Virus record (IMG/VR): IMGVR_UViG_3300043093_000048
Coordinates: 1 to 64,000 of that record
DNA length: 64,000 bases
Strand: one strand, 5' to 3'
Origin: a virus
Taxonomy: Duplodnaviria > Caudoviricetes
Part shown: in pieces, positions 32,044-42,918 of the stretch
Position numbering within the stretch: position 1 is the first letter of the stretch
How the letters are laid out: each line of letters opens with the position of its first letter
Program-made: the position numbers and the translations under genes
Notes under the pieces: model-generated
What the model saw: the letters and a program-made list of their open reading frames with translations, nothing else
What the model was told of the DNA's origin: nothing
Databases searched by the model: none

Positions 32044-33414
32044 ATGGAAGAAAATAAAAAATATACAGTAAAAGAACTTAATGAAAAAGTATATAATCAC
32101 GTTTCAAAATATAAAGAAATAGTGGATAAAAATACTGAAATAAACCCAAATAATTATTATTCATTAATTGGTTCTTTTAATCGTCATCATACAAAAATTG
32201 AAGGCTATATGGAAACTTTTGAAGATAGACTTAAACGTCTTAAAGAGACTAAGATTGATTTTAATTATTATGAAGAACAACTTCATAATTATAAAAAATT
32301 TTTTGAAAAATTAAATGAAGATAATATACAACCAACAGATGAAGAAATATATGGTTATATAGTTTGGTTCTTTCTTTCAATTTATCCAATAGACAATGAT
32401 ATACAAAAAATTAAAATAAATGGAAAAACTGTTAAAAATTATATAAATGGAAGTATAGATTATATACAATATAAAAATATACCAAAAGATAAATATCAAA
32501 CTCCTGAAGTTAAAAAAATTATAGATGATTTTTTAGATAGTTTAAAGACAATGATTAAAGATGGTACTCCAGAAGAATTATTTCTTATATTTAATTTTGA
32601 TTTAGACGAAAGAAAAAATAGATATATTGAAGGAAGATATTATCCAACAAAATATGACATTAATTTTAAAAAAAGTTCTATATTTAATGATGAAATTGCA
32701 ATTTATATATTCAAGTATTTAAAAGAAAATATTAATTTATTTTCAGATGAAATAGTTATAAAATATCTTTTCTATACTGAAAAAGAAGCGTTTTTTCTAA
32801 AAGAATGTTATGGTTATTTTATTTTTGATGTTGACGAAAATGAAACTTCAACAATTCATAGAGATTTATATTTAACAAGACCAGACTTTGTTAATTACGA
32901 ATTTATAATTGGCTTATTGAAAAGAGATATTAATAAAAGTATTTTAAAAAATTATAATTTTTATATTTCTGATAGATTGGGCACAATAGAAAAACGTTAT
33001 AAATATTTTATTGAAAATATTTATATTTGGTATCCGTTATTTATGTATGACAGATTTTATAAAGAAAAAACAATGTTTTCTCTTTATGATAAAGAAAGGA
33101 CTGATAAATTAGAAAAAGAAATAAATAAACTTTTTATAAAAACGTATAGAGTTTGTTTAAGACATAAAAAGACTATGAAAAGAATATTAAATTATAGAAT
33201 AAATTACGCTACTAAAATTGAATTTGTTAAGGAAAAAACATATTATCCTGAAACAGATTGGTTGTTTTCTAATAAATCTATAAAAAATAGATATTTAATG
33301 CTTTTGTTAATAGTAAAAAAAATTATGATAAAACAATCAGATAAAGGAATAGATGTTTGTAAGAAATATGGAATAACTCAAAATAACTTTACAAATATTT
33401 TATTTGATTTATAA
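32044..33414 (+). CDS. Hypothetical protein in MoxR/VWA locus
   Basis: ORF with AAGGAG RBS; C-terminus KYGITQNNFTNILFDL. Confidence 0.6.
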   Translation: MEENKKYTVKELNEKVYNHVSKYKEIVDKNTEINPNNYYSLIGSFNRHHTKIEGYMETFEDRLKRLKETKIDFNYYEEQLHNYKKFFEKLNEDNIQPTDEEIYGYIVWFFLSIYPIDNDIQKIKINGKTVKNYINGSIDYIQYKNIPKDKYQTPEVKKIIDDFLDSLKTMIKDGTPEELFLIFNFDLDERKNRYIEGRYYPTKYDINFKKSSIFNDEIAIYIFKYLKENINLFSDEIVIKYLFYTEKEAFFLKECYGYFIFDVDENETSTIHRDLYLTRPDFVNYEFIIGLLKRDINKSILKNYNFYISDRLGTIEKRYKYFIENIYIWYPLFMYDRFYKEKTMFSLYDKERTDKLEKEINKLFIKTYRVCLRHKKTMKRILNYRINYATKIEFVKEKTYYPETDWLFSNKSIKNRYLMLLLIVKKIMIKQSDKGIDVCKKYGITQNNFTNILFDL

Positions 33415-33488
33415 TTTAAATTATAATTTGGGTGATGGATATATTAATATATCCATCATCTAATATTTTTTATAAAGGAGTATAAAGT

Positions 33489-34463
33489 ATGTTAAAAGAT
33501 TATATTGAAATGGTGACAAAAAGCCAGTCAGATAGAAAATTAGGAGAAAATATTAAATTTATTTTTACTAATATTAAAGATAAAAGAGAATATGAACTCA
33601 ATATTTTCTCTTTTACAAAAAATAATGAAATATTTCGTGATTATATAATTTCAAAATTATTATCATTTTGTAATACTAAAATAAGACCGTATGAATATAT
33701 TGAGCTATTAGATATGTTTATTAATTTTCTTAATAATAATCGTGAAAATTATTATAAAAAACCTTATACTGATTTACCATTACTTCAACAGGAAATGCTT
33801 ACTGAAAAGGAATTATATAATATTCTATTAACTCAAAAAATTTATTATGATTTATCAACTATTTTAAACCATGATTTAACATTAGAACAACAAAAAGAAA
33901 AAATTCTTTTTGACTTAGAAGCTATAGATGAAAAAGATCTTTATGATAATATTGATTTGTATGATCCAGAAATTGTTAATGATTTATTTTGTATTTTTAA
34001 TAGCTATGAGATGGATATTCCATATAATAGTATAAATAGAATTATTAAAAAAAATAATGATATATATAATAATTGTATACCATATATATTTAGTTATATA
34101 TTACCATCACTTCATATGATAAATAATTTCATGGGAATATATTTTACTAATGAAGAAGAGTATGAAAATATTACTAAACTTATTCATGAAAAGTTTAAAG
34201 AGTTATTAACTGCAGCTAAAGAATTCTATATTTATAATTATAAGTATTTAAAGACATGGATTAATAACTTTATTAGAAATCGTCAAAATGATTGCAGCCA
34301 TGAAATTATATTAAATACATCTAATGTATTTAATTATCATAATCTTAATACAATTGTATATAAATATATTGTAAATTGGGTTAAAGATTTGACTGACAAA
34401 GATAATAAAGATTATTATGGTATTAGTGATAATAATATCACAAATATTTTAATGGAAATATAA
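33489..34463 (+). CDS. Hypothetical protein in MoxR/VWA locus
   Basis: ORF with AAGGAG RBS; C-terminus YYGISDNNITNILMEI. Confidence 0.6.
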   Translation: MLKDYIEMVTKSQSDRKLGENIKFIFTNIKDKREYELNIFSFTKNNEIFRDYIISKLLSFCNTKIRPYEYIELLDMFINFLNNNRENYYKKPYTDLPLLQQEMLTEKELYNILLTQKIYYDLSTILNHDLTLEQQKEKILFDLEAIDEKDLYDNIDLYDPEIVNDLFCIFNSYEMDIPYNSINRIIKKNNDIYNNCIPYIFSYILPSLHMINNFMGIYFTNEEEYENITKLIHEKFKELLTAAKEFYIYNYKYLKTWINNFIRNRQNDCSHEIILNTSNVFNYHNLNTIVYKYIVNWVKDLTDKDNKDYYGISDNNITNILMEI

Positions 34464-34538
34464 ATTTAAAAATATATATTATATTAGTGGAAGAAAAATC
34501 TTCCACTAATATTTTTTATTAAAAAGGAGTAATGTAAA

Positions 34539-36008
34539 ATGATTAATATCGCAAATAACAAAGAGTTTAATACTTTATTTAAAAAGATTAAACAGTCAAT
34601 AACAGAAGAAGGAGTTGAATATAGTTCTTTAGAGAATGATATGATTGAATTGTTTAATAATATGATAGCAGCAATAGAACTTGGAAAAGGTGATGAAGCT
34701 TTTGTAGGAATGTTTCTTCCAAAGATTAATAGAGTTTATGATTTCTCAGAACCATTTATTGCAGGAATTGCAATAATTAATGAAACTATAACTCTTAAAA
34801 TTAATCCACTATTATTCTTTAATATGTGTGATAGTTATGAAGACTTTGTAGTGGTTATTACGCATGAAATTTATCATTTGGTATTTAAGCATCTTAATAA
34901 AGAAAGAATGTTACCTAATCATAAGATTGATAATATATCTAAAGATATTTCTGTAAATCAATATATTAATTTTAGTTATGCTTGTTCTACTTTAAGAGAT
35001 GGTTGTTGTAAATTAGCAGATATTCAAGAATTAAATCCTGAACCTAAAAGAGAAAATGAATATTATTATGATTTAATAATTAATTCTAAAAATATCTTTA
35101 ATGATGGAAATGAAGAAAATAATAATGAAGATAAAAAGCTTAAAAATATGCTTAATGATTTAAAAGATCTAAAAGATAAATTAAATAATAATGACTTAAG
35201 TGAAGAAGAAAAAGAACAAATCGAAAATGATATTAAAGAATTAAAAGAAGAAATTAAAGATTATATTAAAGAACATTATAAAATAATGGATATTGATTAT
35301 TCAAATAATTCTTCTAATTCAGATGAAATAATTCTTAATGATTTAGTTGAAAGTACTCTTTCTGAAGCTAAAGAAAAAGGAAAGATTCCATCAAAAATTA
35401 AAGATACAATAGATGATCTTTATTATAAAAAGCCAATTATCAGTTGGAAGAAAGAATTAAGAAATATTGTTGGTAGTGTTCCTTGTCCGTATAAGAAAAC
35501 CATGAGAGTAAAAAATAGAAGACAACCTAGAAGAGCTGATCTTCTTGGAAAGGTAAATGATAGAAAGATTAGAATAGCTATTTGTATTGATACATCAGGT
35601 TCTGTTTCTAATGAAGAATTAAAATATTTCTTTAATGAATTATTTAATATTGTTAAAGATTATAATACTGAAATTACTTTAATTCAATGTGATAGTAGAG
35701 TTAACTCAGTAGATATTATTACTAATAAAAGAGATGTAAGCAAAATTGCTATTACTGGTAGAGGAGGAACTTGTTTTACACCTGCTTTTGAATATATTAA
35801 AGAAAATATTCCTAAGTATAAACAGCCAAACGTAATTATATATTTTACTGATGGTTGGGGTGAATCTACTATTAATCTTAAATATAAACCTATGGGAGAA
35901 ATTATGTGGGTTTTAACGGGAAATACTCATAATACATTATCTGTTAAAACTCCTGAATTTATTAAAAAGGTAAGACTTCTTAATATCGAAGGTAAAAAAT
36001 ATATTTAA
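34539..36008 (+). CDS. DUF2201-type putative metallopeptidase plus VWA domain (MoxR partner)
   Basis: HEIYH (HExxH), D.SVNQ, MIDAS DTSGS, IQCD, GRGGT.F.PAF, YFTDG. Confidence 0.88.
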   Translation: MINIANNKEFNTLFKKIKQSITEEGVEYSSLENDMIELFNNMIAAIELGKGDEAFVGMFLPKINRVYDFSEPFIAGIAIINETITLKINPLLFFNMCDSYEDFVVVITHEIYHLVFKHLNKERMLPNHKIDNISKDISVNQYINFSYACSTLRDGCCKLADIQELNPEPKRENEYYYDLIINSKNIFNDGNEENNNEDKKLKNMLNDLKDLKDKLNNNDLSEEEKEQIENDIKELKEEIKDYIKEHYKIMDIDYSNNSSNSDEIILNDLVESTLSEAKEKGKIPSKIKDTIDDLYYKKPIISWKKELRNIVGSVPCPYKKTMRVKNRRQPRRADLLGKVNDRKIRIAICIDTSGSVSNEELKYFFNELFNIVKDYNTEITLIQCDSRVNSVDIITNKRDVSKIAITGRGGTCFTPAFEYIKENIPKYKQPNVIIYFTDGWGESTINLKYKPMGEIMWVLTGNTHNTLSVKTPEFIKKVRLLNIEGKKYI

Positions 36009-36074
36009 ACTAATTATTAATATAAGACGAAGTTTAGCAATAGTTGGACTAAGTGTTTTATATTATTGAAAATT

Positions 36075-36116
36075 AAAACAGTATACCAAAATAATTTGGT
36101 ATACTGTTTTTTTTTT
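36075..36116. terminator. Probable bidirectional terminator
   Basis: AAAACAGTATACCAAA...TTTGGTATACTGTTTT plus T tract. Confidence 0.75.
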
Positions 36117-37323
36117 ACCCACTAATATAATCGTCTATATTAATCTTTTTTAAGTGAACCGTACTATCATGGAAAGCTTTCATGCTACTATTTAAGATAA
36201 TACCACCTATTTCAGTAGTAAGTAATCCTATATTTTTACTTCCCATTTTATAATAATAATTTCCAGCACATTTATTACAAATTTTATCTCCTTTACAGAA
36301 TAATGGAGATCTCATCTTTACTAATTTATTAATATACTTTGATTTATTTTCATTATTTAATTCAACTAGTTGACCAGTTGTTGGATCTTTTATATAACGG
36401 AATTTAAATTTATTAAATATATCTTCAGTAAGTACAAATTCATAAAATAATTTAGTTCCACAATCAGAATTTTCTTCATCAAGAACTGATGACTGAAAAC
36501 TTGTAGTCATAATTTTATTTTGATAACCACCTTTTTGTGTTTCAACTGCTTTATTATATGTACCAGAAATACTCATATCACAATAATATTTAAACTCTTC
36601 TGGTTTAATTCCTTCATCTAGATTACTTGTAGATATATAACTTTCATTTGTAACGAAGTCTTTTACTGCTCCACGCATAATACTTGTATTTTTATAGTTA
36701 TTATCGAAACTACCACGACAACCACTATCATAAATTTGCATAGCAGGGCTATCTTTATATTCTTCTTTAGCTATATTTAATAATTCATTTTCAATTTTAG
36801 AAGTTACTACTAAATCACCATTTTTTATAGCTGTATCATTTTCTTTAATTAATTCTTTCTTACGTTTTTCTACTTTAGGATTAGTTATAATAAAATCAGC
36901 TGATAATGATGAATTAATAAATTTACCACAATAAAAACCAAACCAATTGACTTTATCTAAAAAGTCTCTAACTTCTTGCATATCAAGTTTATCTTCAGTA
37001 AATTTATCAATAATTTCACCTAATAATCCATTAATATTTTTACCAAAGGCTTTATTTTGATAACCAATCAATTTTCCTATATTTTCACTAAGTATTAATA
37101 AATTAAATATATATCTACCTACCGTAGTAGGCTCAGCTTTTTTATTATAAAGTTTTTCAGCAGGAAGAACAAAATAATCTTGTGGACAAAATTTAGGTTT
37201 TTTATTTTTAGTAAATGCAAAAAAATCTTCTAATAAAGGACCATTAACATCATCAGAAGTTAATTGTAATAATAATTTAATTTCTTCTTCACCAAGAGAT
37301 CTTCCTTTAATAACTTTTTCCAT
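36115..37323 (-). CDS. Multisubunit phage RNA polymerase beta-prime subunit, C-terminal fragment
   Basis: TTVGR, SGCRGS (SGARG-like), bridge helix KAVETQKGGY, DCGT, RSPLFC...C..C.G, trigger loop IG...IG.....SMKAFH. Confidence 0.85.
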   Translation of the reverse strand: MEKVIKGRSLGEEEIKLLLQLTSDDVNGPLLEDFFAFTKNKKPKFCPQDYFVLPAEKLYNKKAEPTTVGRYIFNLLILSENIGKLIGYQNKAFGKNINGLLGEIIDKFTEDKLDMQEVRDFLDKVNWFGFYCGKFINSSLSADFIITNPKVEKRKKELIKENDTAIKNGDLVVTSKIENELLNIAKEEYKDSPAMQIYDSGCRGSFDNNYKNTSIMRGAVKDFVTNESYISTSNLDEGIKPEEFKYYCDMSISGTYNKAVETQKGGYQNKIMTTSFQSSVLDEENSDCGTKLFYEFVLTEDIFNKFKFRYIKDPTTGQLVELNNENKSKYINKLVKMRSPLFCKGDKICNKCAGNYYYKMGSKNIGLLTTEIGGIILNSSMKAFHDSTVHLKKINIDDYISG

Positions 37324-37482
37324 ATAATATTCTCTCCTTTCAAAATTTAATAATTAATAGTTGTATGTCATATTTAAGTATATAACTTTAAAAAAGAGAT
37401 TTTTTATATTAAAATAAAATTAACATAAAAATGGTATAAGGATTTAATCCTTATACCATTTTTAATTAAAATCTATTAAAAA

Positions 37483-39198
37483 TTATAAACCATAATAATC
37501 TTCATAATAATCTTCGAAATAATCCATATCCATTTCTTCATACATTTCTGTATAATATCTAATTTCTTCCATATCATATTCATCAATATCATCAAAAGAT
37601 TCATAAATAGCTTCATAGAACTGTTCATTAAATTCTAATAAATCAGAATAATCATAATCTTCACAATAATAACCTAAAGATTCCTTTAATGATTTCTTTG
37701 CTTTTTGCATTGCTTTCCATTCTTCATAAGAAACCTTAGATCTCTTTCTAGGATTTTCAGCTACCCATTTTTCATATTGCTTCTTGTCATAAACTTTCTT
37801 ACCAGCAACAATACCTGTAGTAATAGCTGCTGCACCTGCTGCACCTGCTATCATTGCACCAGTATGTTTATTACCTGATTTTTCATCAGTTTTATTCTCA
37901 GTGCTTTTAGCAACTTTATTTGATGGAAGATTTGTATCAGTCTTAGGTGTAGGAGCGGAAGGTGTAGGAGCGGAAGGTGTAGGAGCGGAAGGTGTAGGAG
38001 CAGGAGTAGTCTTCTTTGGCTCTTCTGCAGCAGCAATAGCTCTACTATTAATTCTTTCAGCTTCCTCTCTTGTTTTAGTTTCAACACCTTTAAGAATTGG
38101 TGATGTTCTTCCTTCAGCATTTCTCTTTGCAACAACTTGATTACCAGCATCTTGACCTGGATTACCATTTCTTCTATTTTCTTTTTTCTGTCCTAAAACT
38201 TCTCCAGAAAATTCATCTCTTTTAGTTGATATATTATTTTTACTTCTGTTATAATGATCTGCTTTAGTTTCAGCTGTTTTTATTTTCTGTTTATTTCCAG
38301 ATTTTTTAGCACCTTCTAAGTTAGTATTAGCTTGTTTACTTCTATTCTCTTTAAATTCAGCAAGCTCTCCTGAATGAGTACTTGTTTGATTTGCATGTGT
38401 AATTGGTTTACCCTTTGGAGTATGTGTTGTTTGAGCTTTAATTCTATCTTCTAATGCCTTTTCTGGATCTTTTTCTCTATTTGAATTCTTTTGTTGTAAT
38501 CTTTGCTGTTGATCTTGATTTTTTTTCTTTGCTGCTTCTACTTCATCTCTTGTCATTCCAGTAGCTGCTGCAATTTTTGAAGTAGCTTTACCATTGGCAA
38601 TCATTTCTCTTTTCTTAGCAGCATCTCTTGACTGTTGAGTTGTTGCAGTGCTTCTTTCATCTGAATCTTTATTAAATTTATCTAAAGCAGCAGCTGCCTG
38701 TCTTTTTGATACATTTTTAAATTGATTGTCATAAACTTGTCTGCTTTGTGCACCAAAGCTAGCCATACTATTTTTATCCTTATCATGTTTTGTAGCATAG
38801 TAATCTTTTTTAACAGAAGCAGCACCAGTTAATTGGTTTCTTTGTTTATGTAAGTTAGCTAATTCTTTTTTTTCATAATCAGTTTTATTTTTTTTACGTT
38901 GTAATCTTTTAATTTCATCATCTAAGTCAGTTACTCTTTCATCAGTACCTGCTGCAGCATTTAAACGGTCAGTTAATGCATTTTCTGTTAAATAATCAAA
39001 TGCTTCTGAATAATAATCATAGAGTGCGTCATACATGCCTGCAATTGCAGCATCTTCATAAAAAGCATCTTCATAGAAATAATCATTTAAATCATCAGAA
39101 TATTCTGGATCATAATTTTCTATTAAATAATCATATGCTTCATTGTATATATATTCTTCATTTAATAAATATTCATATTCTTCATCGATATAAAACAT
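37483..39198 (-). CDS. Acidic-tagged basic protein (both termini Tyr/Asp/Glu-rich), putative internal head protein
   Basis: Acidic N-terminus to YLTE, K/Q/N-rich core, PTPSA repeats, Gly/Ala hydrophobic segment, acidic tail after SLKE. Confidence 0.6.
   Translation of the reverse strand: MFYIDEEYEYLLNEEYIYNEAYDYLIENYDPEYSDDLNDYFYEDAFYEDAAIAGMYDALYDYYSEAFDYLTENALTDRLNAAAGTDERVTDLDDEIKRLQRKKNKTDYEKKELANLHKQRNQLTGAASVKKDYYATKHDKDKNSMASFGAQSRQVYDNQFKNVSKRQAAAALDKFNKDSDERSTATTQQSRDAAKKREMIANGKATSKIAAATGMTRDEVEAAKKKNQDQQQRLQQKNSNREKDPEKALEDRIKAQTTHTPKGKPITHANQTSTHSGELAEFKENRSKQANTNLEGAKKSGNKQKIKTAETKADHYNRSKNNISTKRDEFSGEVLGQKKENRRNGNPGQDAGNQVVAKRNAEGRTSPILKGVETKTREEAERINSRAIAAAEEPKKTTPAPTPSAPTPSAPTPSAPTPKTDTNLPSNKVAKSTENKTDEKSGNKHTGAMIAGAAGAAAITTGIVAGKKVYDKKQYEKWVAENPRKRSKVSYEEWKAMQKAKKSLKESLGYYCEDYDYSDLLEFNEQFYEAIYESFDDIDEYDMEEIRYYTEMYEEMDMDYFEDYYEDYYGL
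37946..38001 (-). repeat. 15-bp coding tandem repeat (PTPSA)
   Basis: (GGTGTAGGAGCGGAA)x3 plus partial on + strand. Confidence 0.9.
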
Positions 39199-39224
39199 AT
39201 TTAAAAACCTTCTTTTTTATTATT

Positions 39225-39875
39225 TTAAAATAATTCTAAAATTTCACTTACTGAATATCCCTCATCTACAAGACTTTCAATAATTATCATATCCTGATAA
39301 TCATCAGTATATCCAGATTCAAGATAATATTCTTCCTTTAATGGCTTTCCATTAGCAACCCACTGCTTATAAGAAACCTTAGAACGTTTTCTTGGATCTG
39401 CTTCTTGCCATGCTTTATAATGTTTTTTATCAATAAGTGTTTTAGCACCTACAGCTAAACCTGCAACTGCTGCTGTACCACCAGCTACAGCTATGCCTGT
39501 TTTTAAATTTTTATTTTGTCTATTTGCTTTTTCTAATTCTTGTTTAGTATAATTATGATCAGATCTTTCAAAACCTAATCTCTGTCTTAATTTTTCATTT
39601 GTATTTTCTAAGTTATTAATTCTCTTCTTTCTTGCTGCTGCAATAAGTTCAGTTTTCTTTTTTTGTGTAAGTTTACCAACTTCACCATCTTTAGAATACT
39701 TAGGATTCTTATTTTTACTAACTGGTTGTTCGACTGGTCTCCAGCCATTTTCATCCATTGTTTGTCTAACCATATCGTCAGTCCAGCCCTTTTTTTTCAT
39801 TTCTCGTTTGTAACGATTTGATTCTAAAAGTGCATCACAATATCCTTCTAAATAAATATCATCATAATAATACAT
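39225..39875 (-). CDS. YLEGY-tag family protein, paralog of 37483-39198
   Basis: MYYYDDIYLEGYCDALLE; shares Gly/Ala segment plus KK.Y..W...PRKRSKVSY..W; acidic tail after PLKE; ATG 39875 with AAGGAG RBS. Confidence 0.6.
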   Translation of the reverse strand: MYYYDDIYLEGYCDALLESNRYKREMKKKGWTDDMVRQTMDENGWRPVEQPVSKNKNPKYSKDGEVGKLTQKKKTELIAAARKKRINNLENTNEKLRQRLGFERSDHNYTKQELEKANRQNKNLKTGIAVAGGTAAVAGLAVGAKTLIDKKHYKAWQEADPRKRSKVSYKQWVANGKPLKEEYYLESGYTDDYQDMIIIESLVDEGYSVSEILELF

Positions 39876-40117
39876 AATAAAAAGAACTCCTTTCTTTTCC
39901 AATTCAAAAAAAAAAAAAAATATTTATAATTATTTGTTTTATTTATATATTATATAATTGAAGGAGGTAACAATTTATTTTAAAAAATTATAAAAATTTT
40001 GTCTTTCAATAAAAAAGAAACGAGATAAAAAATAATTATCATAAAAATTTAATATTATTATAATAATTTATAATAATATTAAAAATATTTAAATCAAATT
40101 TTATCGGAGGTTAAAAT

Positions 40118-42895
40118 ATGAGAATAACTTATATCAAACTTGAAAATTTCTTAGGAATCTATGCTGGTATGAAAAGAACCACTTTAGAAATTGATTTTAA
40201 GAATAATAAAAATAAAATAATTATTCTTAACGCAGCTAATGGAAAAGGTAAAACTACACTTTTATCAATGTTGCAACCGTTGAGAGAAACATTAGATTGC
40301 AGAAAGGATATCGTAATTCCAGGTGAATTAGGTCATAAAGTTGTAGATTTAATTCATAATGATATTGAATATCATATCGAACATTTCTATGGAAAAAAGA
40401 ATAAATCATTTATATCTAAAAATGGAGAAGAATTAAATGAAAATGGTAATATTAAATCCTTTAATCAAATAGCTAAAGAAGAATTAGGTATTGATGAAGA
40501 ATATTTTAAAATTGGTAGAATAGGTTCTAATGTATCTAATTTTATTGATCTAAAAGCTACTGATAGGAAAAAGTATATAACTGAATTTATTCCAAGCATT
40601 GATGAATATTTAGAAGCTTTTGATGTTATTAAAGATAAGTATACATCATTTAATTCACAGATTAAATTTATTAAAAATACTATTGAAAAATATTCTGGTC
40701 TTAAAGAATTAGATGAAATCAAAACTTATATAACTCAATTAAATAATCAATATAATGATTTCCAGAAAAGATATATTGAAGTTAAATCTAAGATTAATAG
40801 TTTAGAAGATTCTAAAAAGAATTTAGAAGATACTATTAAAAATTATATTAATGATAACACTCAGTTTATTATTAAAGATTTTGATTCAGATTTAAATGAT
40901 ATAACATTTTCTATTGATAACTTAGTAACTGAAAAAGAAGAAGAAGTTAATAGATTAGTTAATATGCAGAATAATTTTATTATAAGTTATAAAATTCATG
41001 TAGAAGAAAATATTGAAGATTATATTAAGACTTTAGAAAGAAAGTTTATAGCTAGAAAAGCTAAACTTGAATCTGAAATTGAAAATATTAATGATTTAAT
41101 ATTATCTTTAGAAACTACTAAAATTGATTGCTTAAATAAAATTGAATATTATACTAATAAGCTAGAATCTGTTAAGGAAAATGATTTATCTCCAGAGCAA
41201 GCTGAAGAAATTTCTAAGGAAATTGAAAGAACCAATAATGAATTAGCTTTAGCTAAAAATAATTTAACTATTTATGAAAGTAAATTTGATAAAGATGTTT
41301 TAGATGAATTATTAGAATTTTATAAGTCACATACTTTCATAGATGGAAAAGAAATTATAGATAGTTATGATGTTCTTAAAGATAATTATTCAGAGCAAAC
41401 ATTCAATAATTATTATGATTATATTGAAAGTCATGAAACTCTTAGCTTAAATAGTTTAAATAATAAATATAATACTTTAAATGAAGAATTAAATAATATT
41501 AATAAACAGCTTAGTGAAATTGATGGAAGACTTTCTTATGTAGATGAAACTCTGCCAAAAAGATCTGAAAAGTGTAATGATGATAATTGTAGTTTTATTA
41601 AATCAGCTTTAGAGATTCAAAAGAAAGATGTTCCTCTTAGAGAGAAACTAGAAGCTAGAGTAAATGTTATTAATTCTGATATAGAAGAACTATTATCTAA
41701 GATTAATAGTATTTCAGAATATATTGAAATTGATAATAGAGTTAAAACTCTAGAAAGTTATATCAAGCAATATATGCCAAATTATTTTGTTGAAAAGATT
41801 CTTAGTAAAAAATTATTAATCAATAATAATACAACACTTTTAGAAGATATTGGTATTTTTACAATAGAAAAGATTATTAATATTAATAAAAATATTGAAG
41901 AATTAAATAACTATATTAATAAAATTACAACACAATTAGAAAACTTTAAGATTTCTAAAACTCTTATTGATGAGTATTCTGAACAGCTAAAAAATTATAA
42001 AGAAATTTTAAATGAAAGCGAAAATAATCTTAAAGAGAATAAAGAGACTTTAAAAGATTTAACACTAAAATTAAATGATTCTGAAAAAAGAATTTCTATT
42101 TGTAATGAATATTATACTATTAATGAAGAATTAACTAAAACTACTGAAGAATATAATGATATTTTAGATATTCATAAACATTTATTTGATTTATTAACAA
42201 ATTATAGTGAATTTAAAAAGACAAATAATGTTGACGAACTTAATAATGATTTAATCACATTTAAAAGAAATATTGACGAGATTAAGATTAAATTAGATGA
42301 AAATAATACTGCTGTAAAAATTATTGAAGATAATATAAATAAACTTTCAGAGATTGAAGTAATTTATAATGATGTTTTATTAATTAAAGATGCTTTAGAT
42401 CCTAAGAAAGGTATTCCAGTAGTATTTGCTAATGAGTATCTTAAAAGTATTGCAACTAATACTAATAAATTATTAAAAATTGCTTATGGTGAAAAATTTA
42501 AAATTCGTTTTAATATAACATCTACTGACTTTCTTGTTGAAGTATATAAAAATGATGGAACATTTCTTACAGATATTAAACAAGCATCTCAGGGTGAAAC
42601 TTCACTTACAAATGTTTCATTAAGTTTAGCAATGTTAGAATGTATGATTAAAAAGTATAATATCATTTATCTTGATGAAGTTGATTGTACTCTTTCAACT
42701 GAAAATAGAAAATTATTTATTGAGTTATTAGAAAAACAGATTGATGAATTAAATATTGAACAATGTTTTGTAATTTCTCATAATAATGAATTTTATGATA
42801 AGAATATTGACTTAATTCTTCTTGAAGGTCATGATTGTCCTTTAGATGATAAAGAATTTATGCAAGGTAAAAATGTAATTTTAAATTTAGAATAA
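40118..42895 (+). CDS. sbcC: SbcC/Rad50-like SMC ATPase
   Basis: IKLENF, Walker A NGKGKTT, long coiled coil, central Cys pair, signature ASQGE, Walker B IYLDE, ISH. Confidence 0.9.
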   Translation: MRITYIKLENFLGIYAGMKRTTLEIDFKNNKNKIIILNAANGKGKTTLLSMLQPLRETLDCRKDIVIPGELGHKVVDLIHNDIEYHIEHFYGKKNKSFISKNGEELNENGNIKSFNQIAKEELGIDEEYFKIGRIGSNVSNFIDLKATDRKKYITEFIPSIDEYLEAFDVIKDKYTSFNSQIKFIKNTIEKYSGLKELDEIKTYITQLNNQYNDFQKRYIEVKSKINSLEDSKKNLEDTIKNYINDNTQFIIKDFDSDLNDITFSIDNLVTEKEEEVNRLVNMQNNFIISYKIHVEENIEDYIKTLERKFIARKAKLESEIENINDLILSLETTKIDCLNKIEYYTNKLESVKENDLSPEQAEEISKEIERTNNELALAKNNLTIYESKFDKDVLDELLEFYKSHTFIDGKEIIDSYDVLKDNYSEQTFNNYYDYIESHETLSLNSLNNKYNTLNEELNNINKQLSEIDGRLSYVDETLPKRSEKCNDDNCSFIKSALEIQKKDVPLREKLEARVNVINSDIEELLSKINSISEYIEIDNRVKTLESYIKQYMPNYFVEKILSKKLLINNNTTLLEDIGIFTIEKIININKNIEELNNYINKITTQLENFKISKTLIDEYSEQLKNYKEILNESENNLKENKETLKDLTLKLNDSEKRISICNEYYTINEELTKTTEEYNDILDIHKHLFDLLTNYSEFKKTNNVDELNNDLITFKRNIDEIKIKLDENNTAVKIIEDNINKLSEIEVIYNDVLLIKDALDPKKGIPVVFANEYLKSIATNTNKLLKIAYGEKFKIRFNITSTDFLVEVYKNDGTFLTDIKQASQGETSLTNVSLSLAMLECMIKKYNIIYLDEVDCTLSTENRKLFIELLEKQIDELNIEQCFVISHNNEFYDKNIDLILLEGHDCPLDDKEFMQGKNVILNLE

Positions 42896-42918
42896 ACTTA
42901 TTTAAAAATTGAATAAAT

